DNA of 64,000 bases from Azolla caroliniana (taxonomy: Eukaryota > Plantae > Polypodiophyta). The position numbers and the translations under genes were made by a program. The notes beneath the pieces were generated by a model. It saw only the letters and a list, made by a program, of their open reading frames with translations. It made no database searches and was not told the DNA's origin. Where the stretch lies: positions 24,986,001 to 25,050,000 of the forward strand of contig JBHGNT010000001.1 in the NCBI GenBank assembly GCA_043228905.1, read 5' to 3'. Every line of letters begins with the position of its first letter. Position 1 is the stretch's first letter. Positions 25,816 through 40,179 of the stretch are shown in pieces.

Positions 25816-26530
25816 AGCCTAGCCTTCAACACATGTTCACAGAGTTCCCACTCTGGCCACCCGTTTCCCGGATACACATTTTATACTCACCCCTCTATGT
25901 TTTGTCCAAATGGATGATGCCCATAGAGGGGTTTCTAACACAATGTAGGTCAATGAGGACCAGTTGGCACACACAACTCTTCGCAACGCTTGTATGCCTA
26001 CACTGAATCACAGGTGACCTCACCCACGCCATTCTTGAGAGTAAAGATGTCTACATGTCGCCTTTTGGGTTCTCTTGGTAAGTCTACGCGTGGCAACATG
26101 CCTGGGATGTTCGCGTCGAACTTTCCACACTCAACTGGCCTGTTAAACTTGAAGAGGAGGACACCCATGAGTTAGACAGGTACCATGACATCTCTCAAGA
26201 GTACCAACTTATGACTTTTGACGAGGCCCGCACCTGCGCCCACACACTCCATTCAACCACCGACGGTAGTCGACCTAGAGAGGGACCCTAACTCCCTTGA
26301 TGATGACGATCACGCCGCACTCTCACCACCACCCCCACCACACAATAAATACTTCTTCACAACGACTGATCAAATGCAAGAGATTCACTCACCTCCCCTC
26401 ACCATACGCCGTCTTCGCCACCACCTCCGCCCACCGATCACACTCCGATGAACCACCCTACTCCATCCTTCTCGCCCCCGATGTCTCGAGCTCACCTCCC
26501 ACAGTGCACCCGAGAATGGGCAATCATTAG

Positions 26531-26975
26531 GTTGGGGGGGATGTTAAGCACTTGGATTGCACCACAATTGTTCATGAATAAGGGCGCATCAACAAGGACA
26601 TGGTAACGCCAAAGGAACCATGAAGAGGAAACGACAATATGAAAGGAACCTAATGGGCGGCCAAGTGTGAAAGAGTCATACCCTAAATGTAAATGCTATG
26701 TAAATAACATTGTGGTGTCTTTGTAAGGGTTCTCCCATTTGTAAAGATCTCCCTAGTGATTAAGAGCTTAAGCTTCATATCCTCTCTCATTGTAAACCTT
26801 TGAGCTTAAGAGAGATTAGTGATAGTGTTTCATAGAGAAGACACTAATCTCTCTTCCTTGTTGGTGCTAGACCTCTTAGCAAGAGGGTAATAAAGAATAT
26901 CTTTACTTCCATTGTCTATGAGAGCGAGTGAGAGTGAGTGAAAGAGATATTATTCTTAATCATTGTTTAATCATT
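26531..26975 (+). mobile_element. PPT plus 3' LTR of an LTR retrotransposon
   Basis: GTTGGGGGGGA followed by TGTTAAG at 26542; AATAAA-like signal near 26890; right end uncertain. Confidence 0.55.
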
Positions 26976-27082
26976 AAGTGTTAGAGTCTGAGACTGTCAA
27001 TGCAAAAACAAGAACAACATCTATGCTAAGAAGATCACCAAGTGAACAAGTTAACGCAAGATCAAGTAGAAAAAATATGTTA

Positions 27083-27084
<2 letters not shown>

Positions 27085-27150
<66 letters not shown>
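27085..27150. repeat. (CA)~33 microsatellite inside an LTR
   Basis: Pure CA run. Confidence 0.97.
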
Positions 27151-27152
<2 letters not shown>

Positions 27153-28059
27153 GTAGCAGTCTTATTCCAAAAGTTACAATACAAGTAGGGCACTATTAAC
27201 TCCTTTTTATGAGCTAGGTTACAAAGCCAATTATATACTAACTGGGTTAGGGCAATTGGCATAATTACAGAATTTTCCTAAACTTAGTGAAAAGAATAGC
27301 ATGCGGAAGCTAAAAGAGATAACCAGTTACAGCCGGATAGCAACAAAAAGTAAACGAAGGTTTAATGGAAACTCAGATAACATGCACAGAACTCGAGAGA
27401 GATAGAGAGAGCAGAAGAAAAAAATACTCAATTAGAAAATAACACTCTGTACATACTAATGTGCTCAGGGAACACTTTTATACAAGTTCTTAAAAGGACC
27501 GCTAGAAGTCCTGACATGTACTTCAATGCTCATAACTGAGCATTACACACTATCTCCTAAAAATATGATTACCTACTCATCTAGGTGTGTAGGCTTCTAA
27601 CAACCTATCGGCTGACGGATGGATCCGGTTCGCGGATCCGGCTCTCTGATCCGATCCGGACCCAGCCGCCGAAGCCATATAGCTTCACAGGCCACGACGG
27701 TGGCTCCTCTATACTCAACCTCAGTGTTCGATAGGGCCGCTATCATCTACCTTTTGTTGCTCCACGCTATAACCACACCCCAAGAGAGCACATAAAACCT
27801 GATGTTGACTAACGATCTACGGCGTCTCCGGCCCAGTCGGCATCAATATAGTCAACTAGTTGTTCAGTCGGTACAACAGTCCCCGATCCTTCGTGCTGCT
27901 CACATACTCAATATTTGAGTCATGAATTGAAGGTGCTCAATAGTCGGTCTCTACATGAATTGACTAATCATGCCAACCGGATAACTGAGGTCGGGTTGGG
28001 GTGATCATTAGATATATGAGGCTCCCAAAAATTTGTTGGAACCGTTTGACATCGCAGGC

Positions 28060-30812
28060 CCCAACAAGTCGAATAGCTCCTCCACTTCTTGCGCGTCCAC
28101 CTCCCTTCGATCGGCTACTATCTTCCCTACGCACCTATACCGGAAAATCACATCTTCGATCAGGATCCGACACACAGTTGCGGTCATCTTGCAGGAGAGG
28201 ACCTCAACCTGGTTCGTCCGGTCCTCTCCCGCAAGCACCGTGTACCGCTTCTGCCCTACCCCCTTCGGCATCATAACTAAATCGACCATCCACTTGAAGT
28301 GTATGGTTGACAAGTAGGTCGGCTGTAACTCGCCTTGGTGCCGAACTCCGGAATGCACTTGGTAGCTCTCGCAGGTCATCAAGAAGTGGTGCACGTCCTT
28401 GTACATGCCGGGCCACCAGTATTTCTCCTTAAGCTTGTCGAATGTGGCCCACGTTCCCCGGTGTCTAGACCAGGGATTTTCATGGAACTCCAACACGAGC
28501 ACCGATTGTTCCTCCTCCTTTGTCACCACCCGGAGTGTCGTTCCGCCTCTTTGGATGCCGCCATATCTTATCGTCTCTCAAGAAGAACTTATAGGCCTTC
28601 TTCCGAATTCAACCGGCCTCTTCCTTTGACCATGCTACATCTGGCACCTTCATGCTTAAAAACCTTCCGACTTGAATCCACTCCCCATCGTAGTCGTCCT
28701 CATCGAACTCGTTCAGGGTCGGAGTGCTCTGTTTGTTCCCCGACATTTGAGGCAACTTGAAGAAGTTCACGCCAACTTCTTCGTCTTCTGACACCATGTC
28801 GTTCTCGTTGTCGAACCGTGCTCTTGAAAGCATATCGACCATGGCATTGTCTTTACCGAAATTGTGTCGTATCTCCGGATTCAGGGACTTGATGTACGCA
28901 ATCCACCTGAGCATCGCCAGGTCCGGGGTCACACATCCAGAAACCATACCAAGAATCAATAGGCAATACGGCTCAATTATCACTTATGTCCCGATCAGAT
29001 ATCTTTATCGGCCTTGATTGCCGAAATGATACCCCACAGTTCGCGCTTAACATACGTGTATCCTCGCTGCTGCTCCCTTAACATTTTTGCACTGAACTAG
29101 ATAGTGAACCGCTTGCCGACTTCATCTTCTTGATTGATCACCCATCGGATTCTGGTCAGATTCGTATCTTTTAGGAAACAGGTCCCTCCAGATGGGAAGT
29201 GAGAAGAACCATGTTGATGAGCAACTCGGCCGAGGCCTATCGGCCTCGGCCGAAATCGGAAATCGTGGAGATAGCCAACACGGAAGGCTAAACTTGTAAA
29301 TAGTTGAAAGGTTACATTAGTATATAAGTACTTAGGGCAATCATGTTAGATAAGTGCGTTATTGTAAAGTTATTGTTGATGAGGTTGTTGCCTCCGTAAC
29401 TGTGAGAGTGAACGAGTGTGTGAGCTCCATAGCCGCCTATTGGCGAAGCAGGATCTTGAGGTCGTTGCCTCTGAGATCTCTGATTGTATTCCTTTCTCTC
29501 ATAGTGTTCTGTTTCGGAGTTTGTGGACTCCACGTGGTTTTTTTCCCAGTTCGGGTTTCCACGTTAAAATCTGTGTCATTCTCAGTTTCTGTATTCTGTT
29601 TTTCCCTTCCATTAGATTGACTATTATTCCACACACGTACAACCGGTTGTGGCCGGCAACGATTTTAACTTCAGTATCGACCTTTACATAGATCTACGTG
29701 TTTGTCCTATACACGGCTTTTCGAAGAGCCGGTGCTGCCGTCAACATCCCCTTTAGCCTTTGGATTGCCTCTGAGTGCTCTTCGCCCCATTCAAAATTCC
29801 ACCCTTTGTTCAACAGGCCGTAGAGTGCCTCGATGATATGCGCGTAATGGGGAACCCATATGTGGTAGAAGGTGCACACTCCCAGGAACCGTTGGACCTC
29901 CATGACCGACCTGCAGTCCTCCTTCATTGCCGAGATGGCCTCTACCGTCGCAGGAGATGATTTCCGGCCATATGGCCCACATAGGTGACCGGCCACCAGG
30001 ATTTCTGATTCTCCGAATGTCTACTTTTGCCGGAAGAAGGTAAGATGAACGCCCTCAAGCCTCTGTAGTATCTACTCACAATCATAGATGCGGGTCATGA
30101 CGAATCTTCGACATCCGTTCGCTCTAACCGATTCCTCTTTCGTGTCCTCCAAACACCCCTTAGCACCTTGTTCATCGCATTTACCATGTGAGCTTGCTCC
30201 TCCGCATGCCAAGGTACACATCCAAACCAAGCCAATAGGGGTCCGCATCGTCGTGATGTCCCTACTTTCAACGGCTAGCTGGAATTGATCATACCTTGAA
30301 TATAGATCTCCGACCGAGTAGATCGACCTTCCGGTGAAGGCCTCTCTGAATGCATCAATGGTTGGTCGAACCCATGCATTCCGGATTGTCACTTTGTTGA
30401 CAGGTTGTAGGTCCTGTATAAAGCGGAATGTGCCATCCTTCTTCAGCATCGTAAACCACCAATTCGAATAAGGGTCTCTTGATGTTTCGAGAATCCCCAT
30501 CTCTTCCTTCTCCTTGAGAAGCCCCATCAACTTCGGGATGTGAGCTCTTAGTACCGGAATCGGTTTGAGACTCCACGGCACATGCGGTACCGTGAATATC
30601 ACCATCAGTTCCACGTTCTTTGGGTCGACACACCCGATCTCCTCTGACGAGATTGCAAAGGCTTTCCCGTTCCTTTCAAGCATTCCCCGGAATCGGTCTT
30701 CCTCCTCCGGTACTGAAAGCCACCCCCACTGACCTTGATCTTTTGTAGCGTCTCCTTGGTGAGCCAGTGCCCTATGTCGGCTGGATCTCATAGACTTGGG
30801 TTAGTCGTGACC
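28060..30812 (-). mobile_element. LTR-less gypsy pol fragment (RT, RNase H, integrase) embedded in the copia RT
   Basis: PWSLKPIPV...YSNWWF..KKDG..RFIQDLQPVN RT; GKDNAMVDMLSR RNase H end; H...HRG..ATF.KL..KYWWPGMYKDV integrase zinc finger. Confidence 0.85.
29169..29673 (+). mobile_element. Solo LTR
   Basis: Perfect TSD GTATC (29164-29168, 29674-29678); interrupts the gypsy RNase H; related to the LTRs at 32306, 44489 and 49591. Confidence 0.85.
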
Positions 30813-32305
30813 CCTGAATTGGGACGTAGCTTTAGGTTCTTGTCGAGAGGAGTAGAGACGGATCGACAATCCGTCATACTGAACTTGTACAACATATTGA
30901 ATACATAGTGTCATTGAGACAACAATATGCCATCTAGGATGTGGATCACTTCCATTCGGAGGATGTGAATATCCCCCAAGTTCTTCATCTCAAATGCATC
31001 CGATAGTTGGGACTTTACTCGACCGATTTAAACAAGGCCGGTGACGACCAAGTTGTCTATGTACAACAAAATACAAACCGAACCCTTCAGACCTTTCTGG
31101 ATGAATAGAGAGGAGTCGGATTTTGAGGCCGCAAACCTCATCTTATGCAACTGGTGCTTGATCTTTGAGTTCCAAGCACAGGGAGCTCGCTTAAGGCCGT
31201 AAAGTGACTTCTTCAGCTGACATATTGCGGACTTATTCACCTCCGACTAGAATCCAGGTGGTTGTACCATGTATACTTGTTCTTCAAGATCTCCTTGAAG
31301 AAACACATTCTTCACGTCCATCTAATGGAGATGCCAACCTCTTGCTGTTGCTACCATCAGTACCACATGAACCGTCATCATCTTCGCCACATGTGCAAAG
31401 GTCTTGTCGTAGTCGATTCCGTGGGTCTGTGTGTATCCCTTGGCCAACAGTCGCCCGTTGTACCAGTTGACCAAACTGTCAACATTGTACTTCACCTTAT
31501 ATATCCATTTACAGCCGATCGGTTTGCAATGTCGGGGAGGGTCAACCAAGTTCCATGTGTCATTGGCATCAAGTGCCCACATTTCTTCGTCCATGGTCGA
31601 ATGCCATTTGGCATCCTGTGATGCCTCCGCAAAGCTCTTCGGCTCTCAAACTTTTGATACCTTCGTCATGTATGCGTAATGGTGCGCCATGTGTTCATTA
31701 TAACCGTACAGATCACTTGTTTCTTGTGGCGAGTAGATTGGCGTAACTTCCCATTAGCCGATTTCAAGACCCTCTTGGCCGCATCCGAGCTCAACTCTTG
31801 GGGTCCATCTTCACTCCGGTTGGTGTCAGATTCTCCCAGATCCGATGTACCTTTATCCGTTCCATACTCCGGCATCCTCATCTTCCCCTTTTCCTTCCGC
31901 GTATACCGTCTCCTCAGTTCCTTGCGATGGGAATGCACAAACGAGTCGTCACTACTCACCAGCCCTTCGTTCTATTGGTCATTCCGATTCAGCTCTTCAT
32001 TCCGACTGCCGGACTGAAATCAGATTCTCTTCCAGAGTGGCGAAATCTTCTTCTTCTTCTTGGATCATGTCAGCCTCGCTGGCTCATCCTTAGAAATGGG
32101 GAGGTCAGAGTTGTCGAGGGTCGGAGTTGGAAGAGCATACTAGGACTCCGACTCATCGAACACAACATCGTGGCTTACTCAGACTTGGTTTGTCGGGGGG
32201 TTATAACACTTATACCCCATCTGTTCCTGTGAGTAGTTGACTAGTATGCACTTTTCCTATTTCGCGTCCAACCTCTTTCTCTTCTCATTTGGCACATGCA
32301 CATAG

Positions 32306-32892
32306 TGTTAGGATTGTAACCGACCACAACCAGTTTCTCATGTGTATATTTGGGTGCAAAGAACAAGTCTCATGGTACACAGGAAAAAAAAAGAATATAG
32401 AGAGTAGAGACACAAAATGTTTTATGTGGGAAAAACCCGAAAGGGAAAAACCACAAACCCCAAGAGAACAAATCACTAAGTGAACGGAGAGGAGTATAGG
32501 AAGACTCGGAGGCAAGAACCTCGAGCTCATCTTCGTCTAATAGACGGTGACAAAGTTACTACTCTCATTCTCTCTCGCTAACAGTTACAGAGGTAACAAG
32601 CTCGAGAGTAACTATACAACTATCTTAACTAAAAAATTATTATCGCACGCACATAAAGTTTGCCCTAATTGTATTTATACTTATACAACTTTCTAGCTAT
32701 TTACAAATATAGCCCACATGGGGCACATTCAGACTATTTACAAATATAGTCTCCCGAATCAGTTATATAATCGATTTCAGATTTCCGATTTCGGTTTTCG
32801 GTTTTCGATTTCGGCCTTGGCGAATTACCCACTTACTCCACCCAATTTGGTTCATTCTCTTCTTCCCATTTGGAGGGACCTGTAATCTAACA
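32306..32892 (-). mobile_element. Solo LTR in the copia integrase, followed by a 263-bp tandem duplication of its junction (32731-33250)
   Basis: TGTTAG...CTAACA; TSD CATAG / CATAA (CATAG in the duplicated copy at about 33150). Confidence 0.85.
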
Positions 32893-35800
32893 CATAATCA
32901 ATGCTACCGAATACCCTCAGGTGTCTTAAGTTCGGCTTTCACATGAAATACAACTCGTGTGCAGACACCTTCATTCCGATTGGATTTTGATTTAGACTAT
33001 TTACAAATATAGTCTCCCAAATCGGTTATATAATCGATTTCCGATTTTTTATTTCAATTTTCGGATTTCGGACTCGGCGAATTACCGACTTACTTCACCC
33101 GATTTGGTTCATTCTCTTCTTCCCATCTGGAGGGACTTGTTATCTAACACATAGGCAAGGCTACCGAATACCCTCAGGTGTCTTAAGTTCAACTTTCGCA
33201 CGAAATACAACTCATGTGCAGACACCTTCTCTTTGATCCGATTTTGGATGTAAACTGTTGTCTGAATAGCTTCGGCCCAATAGAATTTGGGCATGCTCTT
33301 CTCCTCCAGCATTGCCCGTCCGTTATGCTCCAACGTATATCTACAACTGAATTCTCTCCAAATTCCCATATGTTGTAGCCTGTAGGTAACAGTTGAACTG
33401 GCTGAAAAAGTATTCCTTTCTGTCATCCAACCGCAAGCACTTGATCTTCCTTTATGGTTCCCTTTCCACAAGACTTTTCAGGTACTGGAAACAGTCAAAG
33501 GCTTCACTCTTCTTTTCGATGAGATAGATCTAGGTGTGCCAGATGTAGTCGTCGATGAAGGTGACGAAGTATCGACTCCTGCCTAGGCTCACATTCTGTG
33601 TTGGTCCTCATACATCCGAATGGATCAAGTTGAGCTTGTTTCGGCTCCCTAGCTAGTAGGGTTCACAAATTTTGGCCTTCTAGCCACTAACTTCGGCAAA
33701 CCGAACACAACCTATTCCGTTTGCAATTCTTTTAGACATTGGTAGTTGACGTGGCCTATCCACTTTTGCCACAAGTTGATATCCGAATCAACTTTTTTCT
33801 CTTTAGCGAACAAAGTGGTGCCAATGTCTTCCCAGTGCCCTTGCACGATGATCTTGCCTTCTTCTTCAATGAAGCACCCGAGGTGGCTGAACCAGACCTG
33901 CATCCCTTGGTCAACGATCTGTTTGACCAACACCAAGTTCTTCGTGATCGTCGAGATGTGCAGTACATTCATAAGTCTCCCCTTTTGTCTGACATGACTT
34001 AAGGGGACTTCAGAGACATGTTCGATCCAATGCCCAATGTCGTCACTGGTTTCGACGACTCTCGGTTGTTCCGGTTTCACCAAGGATGAGAACCACTCTT
34101 CATGGCTCATCATATGATTCGACGTTCCGAAGTCGACATACCACACCTCATTCGGTTTCAAGGTGGTCTTCTTTATCGAGTTTGCCTTGTGTTTCATCAT
34201 GAAGGCTGGCTCCTTTCCAGTGTTGGGTCCTTTTGACCCTTTGGTCATCGTTGCCAACTCCCTTGATCGGCCTTTCCGGATCCGGATTTGTCCGAATCGG
34301 CATGCTTCTTCCATCACTTGCTCTCTATGTAGCCTTTCTAGCCACAGTACTAGCATTCCGTTTCGGCCTTTGGTTACCGGTTTCTGGCACTACCTTGACT
34401 CCCCTTGCTTGTGCAGGGTCTAGAGCTGTTGTCGGCACCACCTCTGTGCCTTCTTTCATGATCATGTTGGACGCTACCATTGCATGGTGATCCACCTCGT
34501 CTACCATGATAACGGGTCCTATCTGCCTCTGTGTACAAGCTTCGACTGTCGTATTGCGTGCTCCTTGACACATCCACATCGTTCTCTTCGACCATAAGCA
34601 GCGATTGCAGGTCGAAGAACGATGGTGGCTTCTCCCTTGTGCAGATCACCATCCGGATCAGCCCATACCTTTGAGGTAGACCACCAAGGTAGATCTGTAC
34701 TATCTCATCTTCATCCATCACCATATTGATTGATCCCAGGGCATCACAGATCACCTTTGTTTTAATGGTGAATTCAATTACCATCATATCCTTCTGTCAA
34801 ATATTGTTGAGCTCTTGCTGAAGCTGCAACTTCCAGGCCGTGGTGCTTGCGTCAAAAATCCTTTTTAGATTTTCCCAGGGTTCCTTCAGCGTCTTCGCGT
34901 CTCAAATGTAGCCAACATCTGATCGTACACACAAGATGCAAGGCAATACAAGACTCGGCTTGTTGCTTGCTCCCACACCGCAAAATCCTTGTGTGTTAGT
35001 TTTGGCACTATGTCATTCACGCCTTCCACGTAACTCCAGTATCCGTGTCCGAGAAGGTATTGGTGCATCTTGAAGGACCATGATGTATAGTTACCCCTGT
35101 TGAGCTTTTCCGTTCGAAACGAGCTTGCCATGCTTCTGTCCATTCTTCTTCTTTTTCTGTTCTTTACAGGGTGTCAGGTTTTGGTTATTTTAGCACTTGT
35201 CGGCAGGAGAGGATTCTCAACCCTTGTGCTCTGATACCATGAGAAGAATAGTGTGTGGAAGCTAAAAGACCAAACTGGTTACATCCGGATAGCAACAAAA
35301 AGTAATCGAAGGTTTAATGGAAACTATGATAACACGTGAGAACTCAGGTGAGATAGAAAAACTTGACAATTAAGAAATAACACTATGTACATACTAATGT
35401 GCCCAGGGAGCACTTTTATACAAGTCCTTAAAAGGACTGATAGAAGTACTGACATGTACTTCAATGCTCATAACTGAGCATCAGACACTAACTCCAAAAA
35501 ATATGATTAATTTACCTACTCATCTAGGTGTGTAGGCCTCTAATGGCCTACCGGCTTATGTGTGGATCCGACTCTCTGATCTCCTTCGCGGATTCGGCTC
35601 TCCAATCCGATCCGACTCTCTGATTGTTTGGCCGATCCAGCCCATGTTGAGCTTGCTCTCTCAACACTTAGTTTGTCCAAAGGAATAGTGTGAATATGGC
35701 CATTATACATCCGAATTTGACACTCCTCGAAATGGGCGTATAGACTATGGAGAGACTTGTAACATAAAACAAGATGTAATAGTTATATAGAGAGATGCTT

Positions 35801-36798
35801 GAGTAGATAACGACCGAAAATAAATAGAGGCTGAATCAGTTGGTTTGAGTACACAAGCTGATTCAGTTGTCAAGGCCGAGTGTTCGAAGCTATCTCTTTC
35901 GTCTGATTCGATCATACTGATTTCTCCTCAAGCCCATTTGGTGCCGAAGTGACCGAATCAATCAGCTGTGAGAAATTTGGTCATCCCGTCTGATATGGTG
36001 TTGGTCATCGAGATCTTCTCGAGGCCGAGTTTCCATGAAGTTACACAGTCCCAAAAAAAGTGATACCAAATGTCGATATGCTTGCAGGCGTTGTGATGAA
36101 CCGAACTCTTTGACAGAGCAACAACACCCTAGCTATTATCACTATAGAAAATTGGAGCTGAATTGGGATCGGCTTGTCGCAGTATATATGCCAACCAACC
36201 GAGCCATAAAGTCTCTTTCGCTGCATTGGATGTGACTACATATTCAGTCTCGATCATTGAAGTGGTCATGCACTCCTGAAGTTTCGACTTCCATGAAATT
36301 GCTCCATTGTCGAATTTGAAGCAGTATCCAGTTGTTGACTTTCGGTTGTCCATACAGGTGGCAAAGCTTGAGTCGATGTAACCGCCTACGCCTGAATTCT
36401 TGTTTGGACTGTTATCCGTGGGACAAAAGGCACGAGGTATGGAAAGAATCTTAAAGTAAAGTGTGAAAGGGGACAAGTAGGTCAAAGTGTGAAAAGAGGA
36501 AAATACTCGAACACTAGCAGCCGAGGGAAAGTAATTGAAATACTAGCAGCTGAGACATAAGCCAAGGATTAGAAGATAGTAGTTGGAACGCGTGGATTAA
36601 GGAGAAAATTATATATAAATCGAGAAGCAACAGAAGGAAAGATAGATAGAGGATATCCCTATTTCGAGCTAGAGTGATTAAGTTTAGATTCAAAGATCTG
36701 TATTAAGAGAGAGAGAGATAGATAGATAGATAGATAGATAGATTATATTATCGTCTTCGGAGATCAAATATGACCTATGAGACCAAAAATATTACATT

Positions 36799-39700
36799 TC
36801 ACGTGATACGTGTGAAAGTGAGTAGTGACTCTCGATGTTCAAGAACTTTACCAATGAATGTTGCAATCGAGAGTGCACATTGTGGTTGTGAGAGGAATTC
36901 ATGCAAAGATTGGGCTCGATCGAAGAGATGTGGAAAGCATGGTCGAATATGATCAAAGGCAGAGCATTGTATCAAAGTGTGATACTCAGACTCGCGAACT
37001 TGTTTAGGGCAAAGTGTGCATAACCGACCACTCTCATCACTTGTACCCCAACGCCCTGTTTCACATCGCAATGCATGTGAGCTAAGTCGCATGGAAGCAA
37101 TGGTTCGAATGGCAGATAACGGTATGGGCTCTAACATGTATGGATGTGTACGATTTCCCCGTTCCGCCAAGAATATGGTTTTGTAGTTAGGTGCAACATG
37201 TGTAGTATAATGTGTGAAGCGTGAGCCTCCACATTTGTCCCATGTCATGATACATTGGCGTTGCAAAAATGCCTCATTTACAGAGGAATCTAATGATGCA
37301 TCATGAAGCAAGTGTCTCGCATCCCATCTACCAAACCATTTTTCTATATCTTGCATCCAACCGGAACACAAAATTTTGCTTTTATGCGTCTTTTGGATCT
37401 TTTTGCTTGCTTCCCACGCAATTCTAGGAAGTCGATGTGAGGGACTTTTTTGAACCTTAAGCATGTATTCAACAACCCTTTCCATGGCCATGATCTCAAT
37501 GGGAAGCGATCCCGTCTCAAGGAGGAGGAGGGTGTAGGGCGTTTGTTTCTTAACTTGTAGAAACTTGGTAAGAAAATGCTTTTGGACATTTTCAAACTCT
37601 TTCCACATAGACTTAGGGGTGCTACCGCCCCATACTTCCACCCCATAGAGAAGAACTGGTGTCACCAAAGTGTCAAAAAGATATTTCTTGAGGACCCAAC
37701 ACTTAATATCTCCAAGATTGCATGTGTTCTCAAATGCATAGTATGCTCGTTTGCCCGCCTCTAAGCGGTGTGTAGCACATTCATTCCATCTATGATTTGA
37801 AGGAACTTCAAGGCCAAGATATTTGAAGCTTTCCACACATTCAAGTGGCTCATTGTTGTACATAATGCATGGTTTATCTCTTTTTTGGCTCTTCACAAGC
37901 ATAATCTTTGTTTTAGAGCTATTGACACTTAATTTAGTATGCATGCAAAATTTTTCCAATGCCTTCATAAGCTTTTGTGCATCTCCTAAAGTATTTGCAA
38001 AAAGCACTACGTCATCTGCATATAGCAAAAGCATAATCACAACATTCCCAATGGCAACTTCTTCAACACATTCTTCCTTTGCAAACTTGGTAACCATTTC
38101 TTCCAATTCATCAATGCATAGACCAAATAGTGTTGGTGAGAGTGGGCATCCTTGCTTAACACCAATAGTGCTTTTGAAAAAATCTGAAAGTTTATCTTTC
38201 ATGCGCACACAACATATAACCTTCTCATAAATTCGGGAAATTGCAAGCATATATTCACTTGGCACCTCAAGTTCTTCCATTCGCCTCCAAAGATGCTCAC
38301 GAGGTACCATATCAAAAGCTTTCTTGAAGTCTACAAAGCAACAATATAAACCTTTACCTCTAAGGCGACTTTCCTCCATTAATACTCGAAGGGTGATAAG
38401 GTGATCAATGGTGCTATGGTGTTTCCGAAAGCCAGCTTGTCCATAAGCTCTCTTACCACTTTTTTCAGCCCATACACTTATCTTTGATTCCATTATACAT
38501 CCAAATAGTTTTGCCATTAATGAGCCAACCATGATGGTTCGATAATTGTTTACATTATTTATATCTCCACCTTTATGTAAAGGTTTGATCCAATTTGTAG
38601 TCCAATCGTACGGCATACCATGTTGCAATGCATCATTAAACATATCGCTTATCCATATATGTGCTTCCTTTCCCGTCCATTTGAGCATTTCAGCCTTTAT
38701 ACATTGAAGATCGCTTGCCTTTCGAGAGGCCAATTTCTTAAGTCCTATGCATATATCTTCAATTGTAAAGAAGGAAGGCATATGTGAAAGAGAACCATAA
38801 CACATCATCTTTCCGGCAAGAGATAACTCATATAAATTCTTACAATGCATAGACAAGTTGTGAAGAGTTAAGTCACCATAACTCTCAACACGTTTTCCCT
38901 TTAGATTTCCCCAAAATTTAGCACATGCATGTGCTTTCTCTTGCGTTTGGATAAATTGTTGAGTAACTTCCCATATTCTTCTCTTTCTTTGAATAAGCCT
39001 TTTATACTCATGCAAATGCTTTTGGTAATTCTCTTTATCCTTAACTACATCCAAAACCATAAGGCACTTTCGAGCTTCACGACATTCTTTATCAAACCAT
39101 TTTTTCCTAAGTTTCTTGGTGCATTTCCAAGATGTGCGGTTGGTCGAAAAACATTTGTTTGTACATGAGAGAATGACTTTCTTGAAAGCTTCCCATTTGC
39201 ATTCTAGTGTGGCACCATGTTGTATCTTTGTCATTTGTAACATATCCTCAACCATCTTGGAATACATGGGTGCTCGCTTAAGGTTCATGCTCAAGTGCGG
39301 TTGTTTATTATCTTCAATAGCCTTCTCACAATCAAACCTATGCATACATTTGAGATCAATACATAAAGGCCTATGATCTGATTCCGGTGTCCATTCACCA
39401 AGTGAGAATTTATGTATACGATCCAAAATACCTTCGGAAAGTAGCACATAATCAATCACACTATTTCCGTTGTATTTTCTACATGTAAAACCATTAGTGT
39501 TGGGCCATAAGGAAATACCATTTGCAATAAGCAATCCGGTACTATTCCACATTTGTAGGAGTAGTTTCCCAAATTGGTCCGGATCTTTTTCATCGCTAGA
39601 AGAGCGGTTATACATTTGCATATCCTCTTGCATCCTTGAGATATGTGGCATGAAAGATTCTTGTGAATCAAGTTGGAAACTTCTTGTACGAGCATTCATG

Positions 39701-40179
39701 TCACCAAAGACAATAACTTCCCCTTTGGATTTGAAATAAGCAATATCATCTTCTAGATTGGCAAACGGTTGATCTTTATCCAAACAAGCATAAAAGTTAG
39801 AATCTTGATGAGGAATGTAACATCCAACAACAAAAGTGGGCAAATCATTAGGTGTTTCTATTTTGAGCCATATGTAGCATTTATTTTCATCATTTTTTAT
39901 GATTGACACATATTTCTCTATTTCCTTCTTAATCAAACATGCCACCCCTCCTTGTCCTCTTCTTTGTCTTGGATTTTTCTTCCATATCAAAGAGTGTACA
40001 TTATAGTTTCCTAAACCTTGAATCCTTTGAGTATCATGCTCCCATGTTTCAACAAGAAGTGTGATATCCGAGTCATTGGTGAACTCCTCTATGCCAAATC
40101 CCGCATTCCATGGGTATCCATTGCAATTCTAAAAGCATAGTCGTAAAAGGCGTGGGTTAGTCTCATAGATCACGTGTCC
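36799..40179 (-). CDS. LINE ORF2 (AP endonuclease, reverse transcriptase, C-terminal CCHC), with one premature TAG at 40131-40129
   Basis: APE motifs F*NCNG, LVETW, GDMNAR, IDYV, SDH; RT QAGFR, FVDFKKAFD, GVKQGCPLSP, YADD, YLG; RLCTLC...H...C; otherwise open for about 1100 codons. Confidence 0.92.

Larger units (their letters stand above)
27288..35666 (-). mobile_element. Ty1/copia element with both LTRs and nested insertions
   Basis: TSD CTTAG (27283-27287, 35667-35671); 5' LTR 35240-35666; PBS-iMet 35228-35239; gag at 35143, protease WYVDFGTSNHM, integrase, RT (about 31690-30812, resuming 28058-27700); partial 3' LTR 27288 to about 27670. Confidence 0.9.
26979..36395 (-). mobile_element. 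Outer copia 3' remnant (RNase H at about 35930-36395; 3' LTR split into 35672-35722 and 26979-27287)
   Basis: GYIDSSFA...RKSTTGY...ISWKSKLQ RNase H; TGTTAG/TGACA termini; the LTR is interrupted by the 27288-35666 element. Confidence 0.65.

Noticed and set aside
26978-27262. His-Thr and Cys-Val repeat peptides
   Set aside because: Translations of the (CA)n microsatellite.
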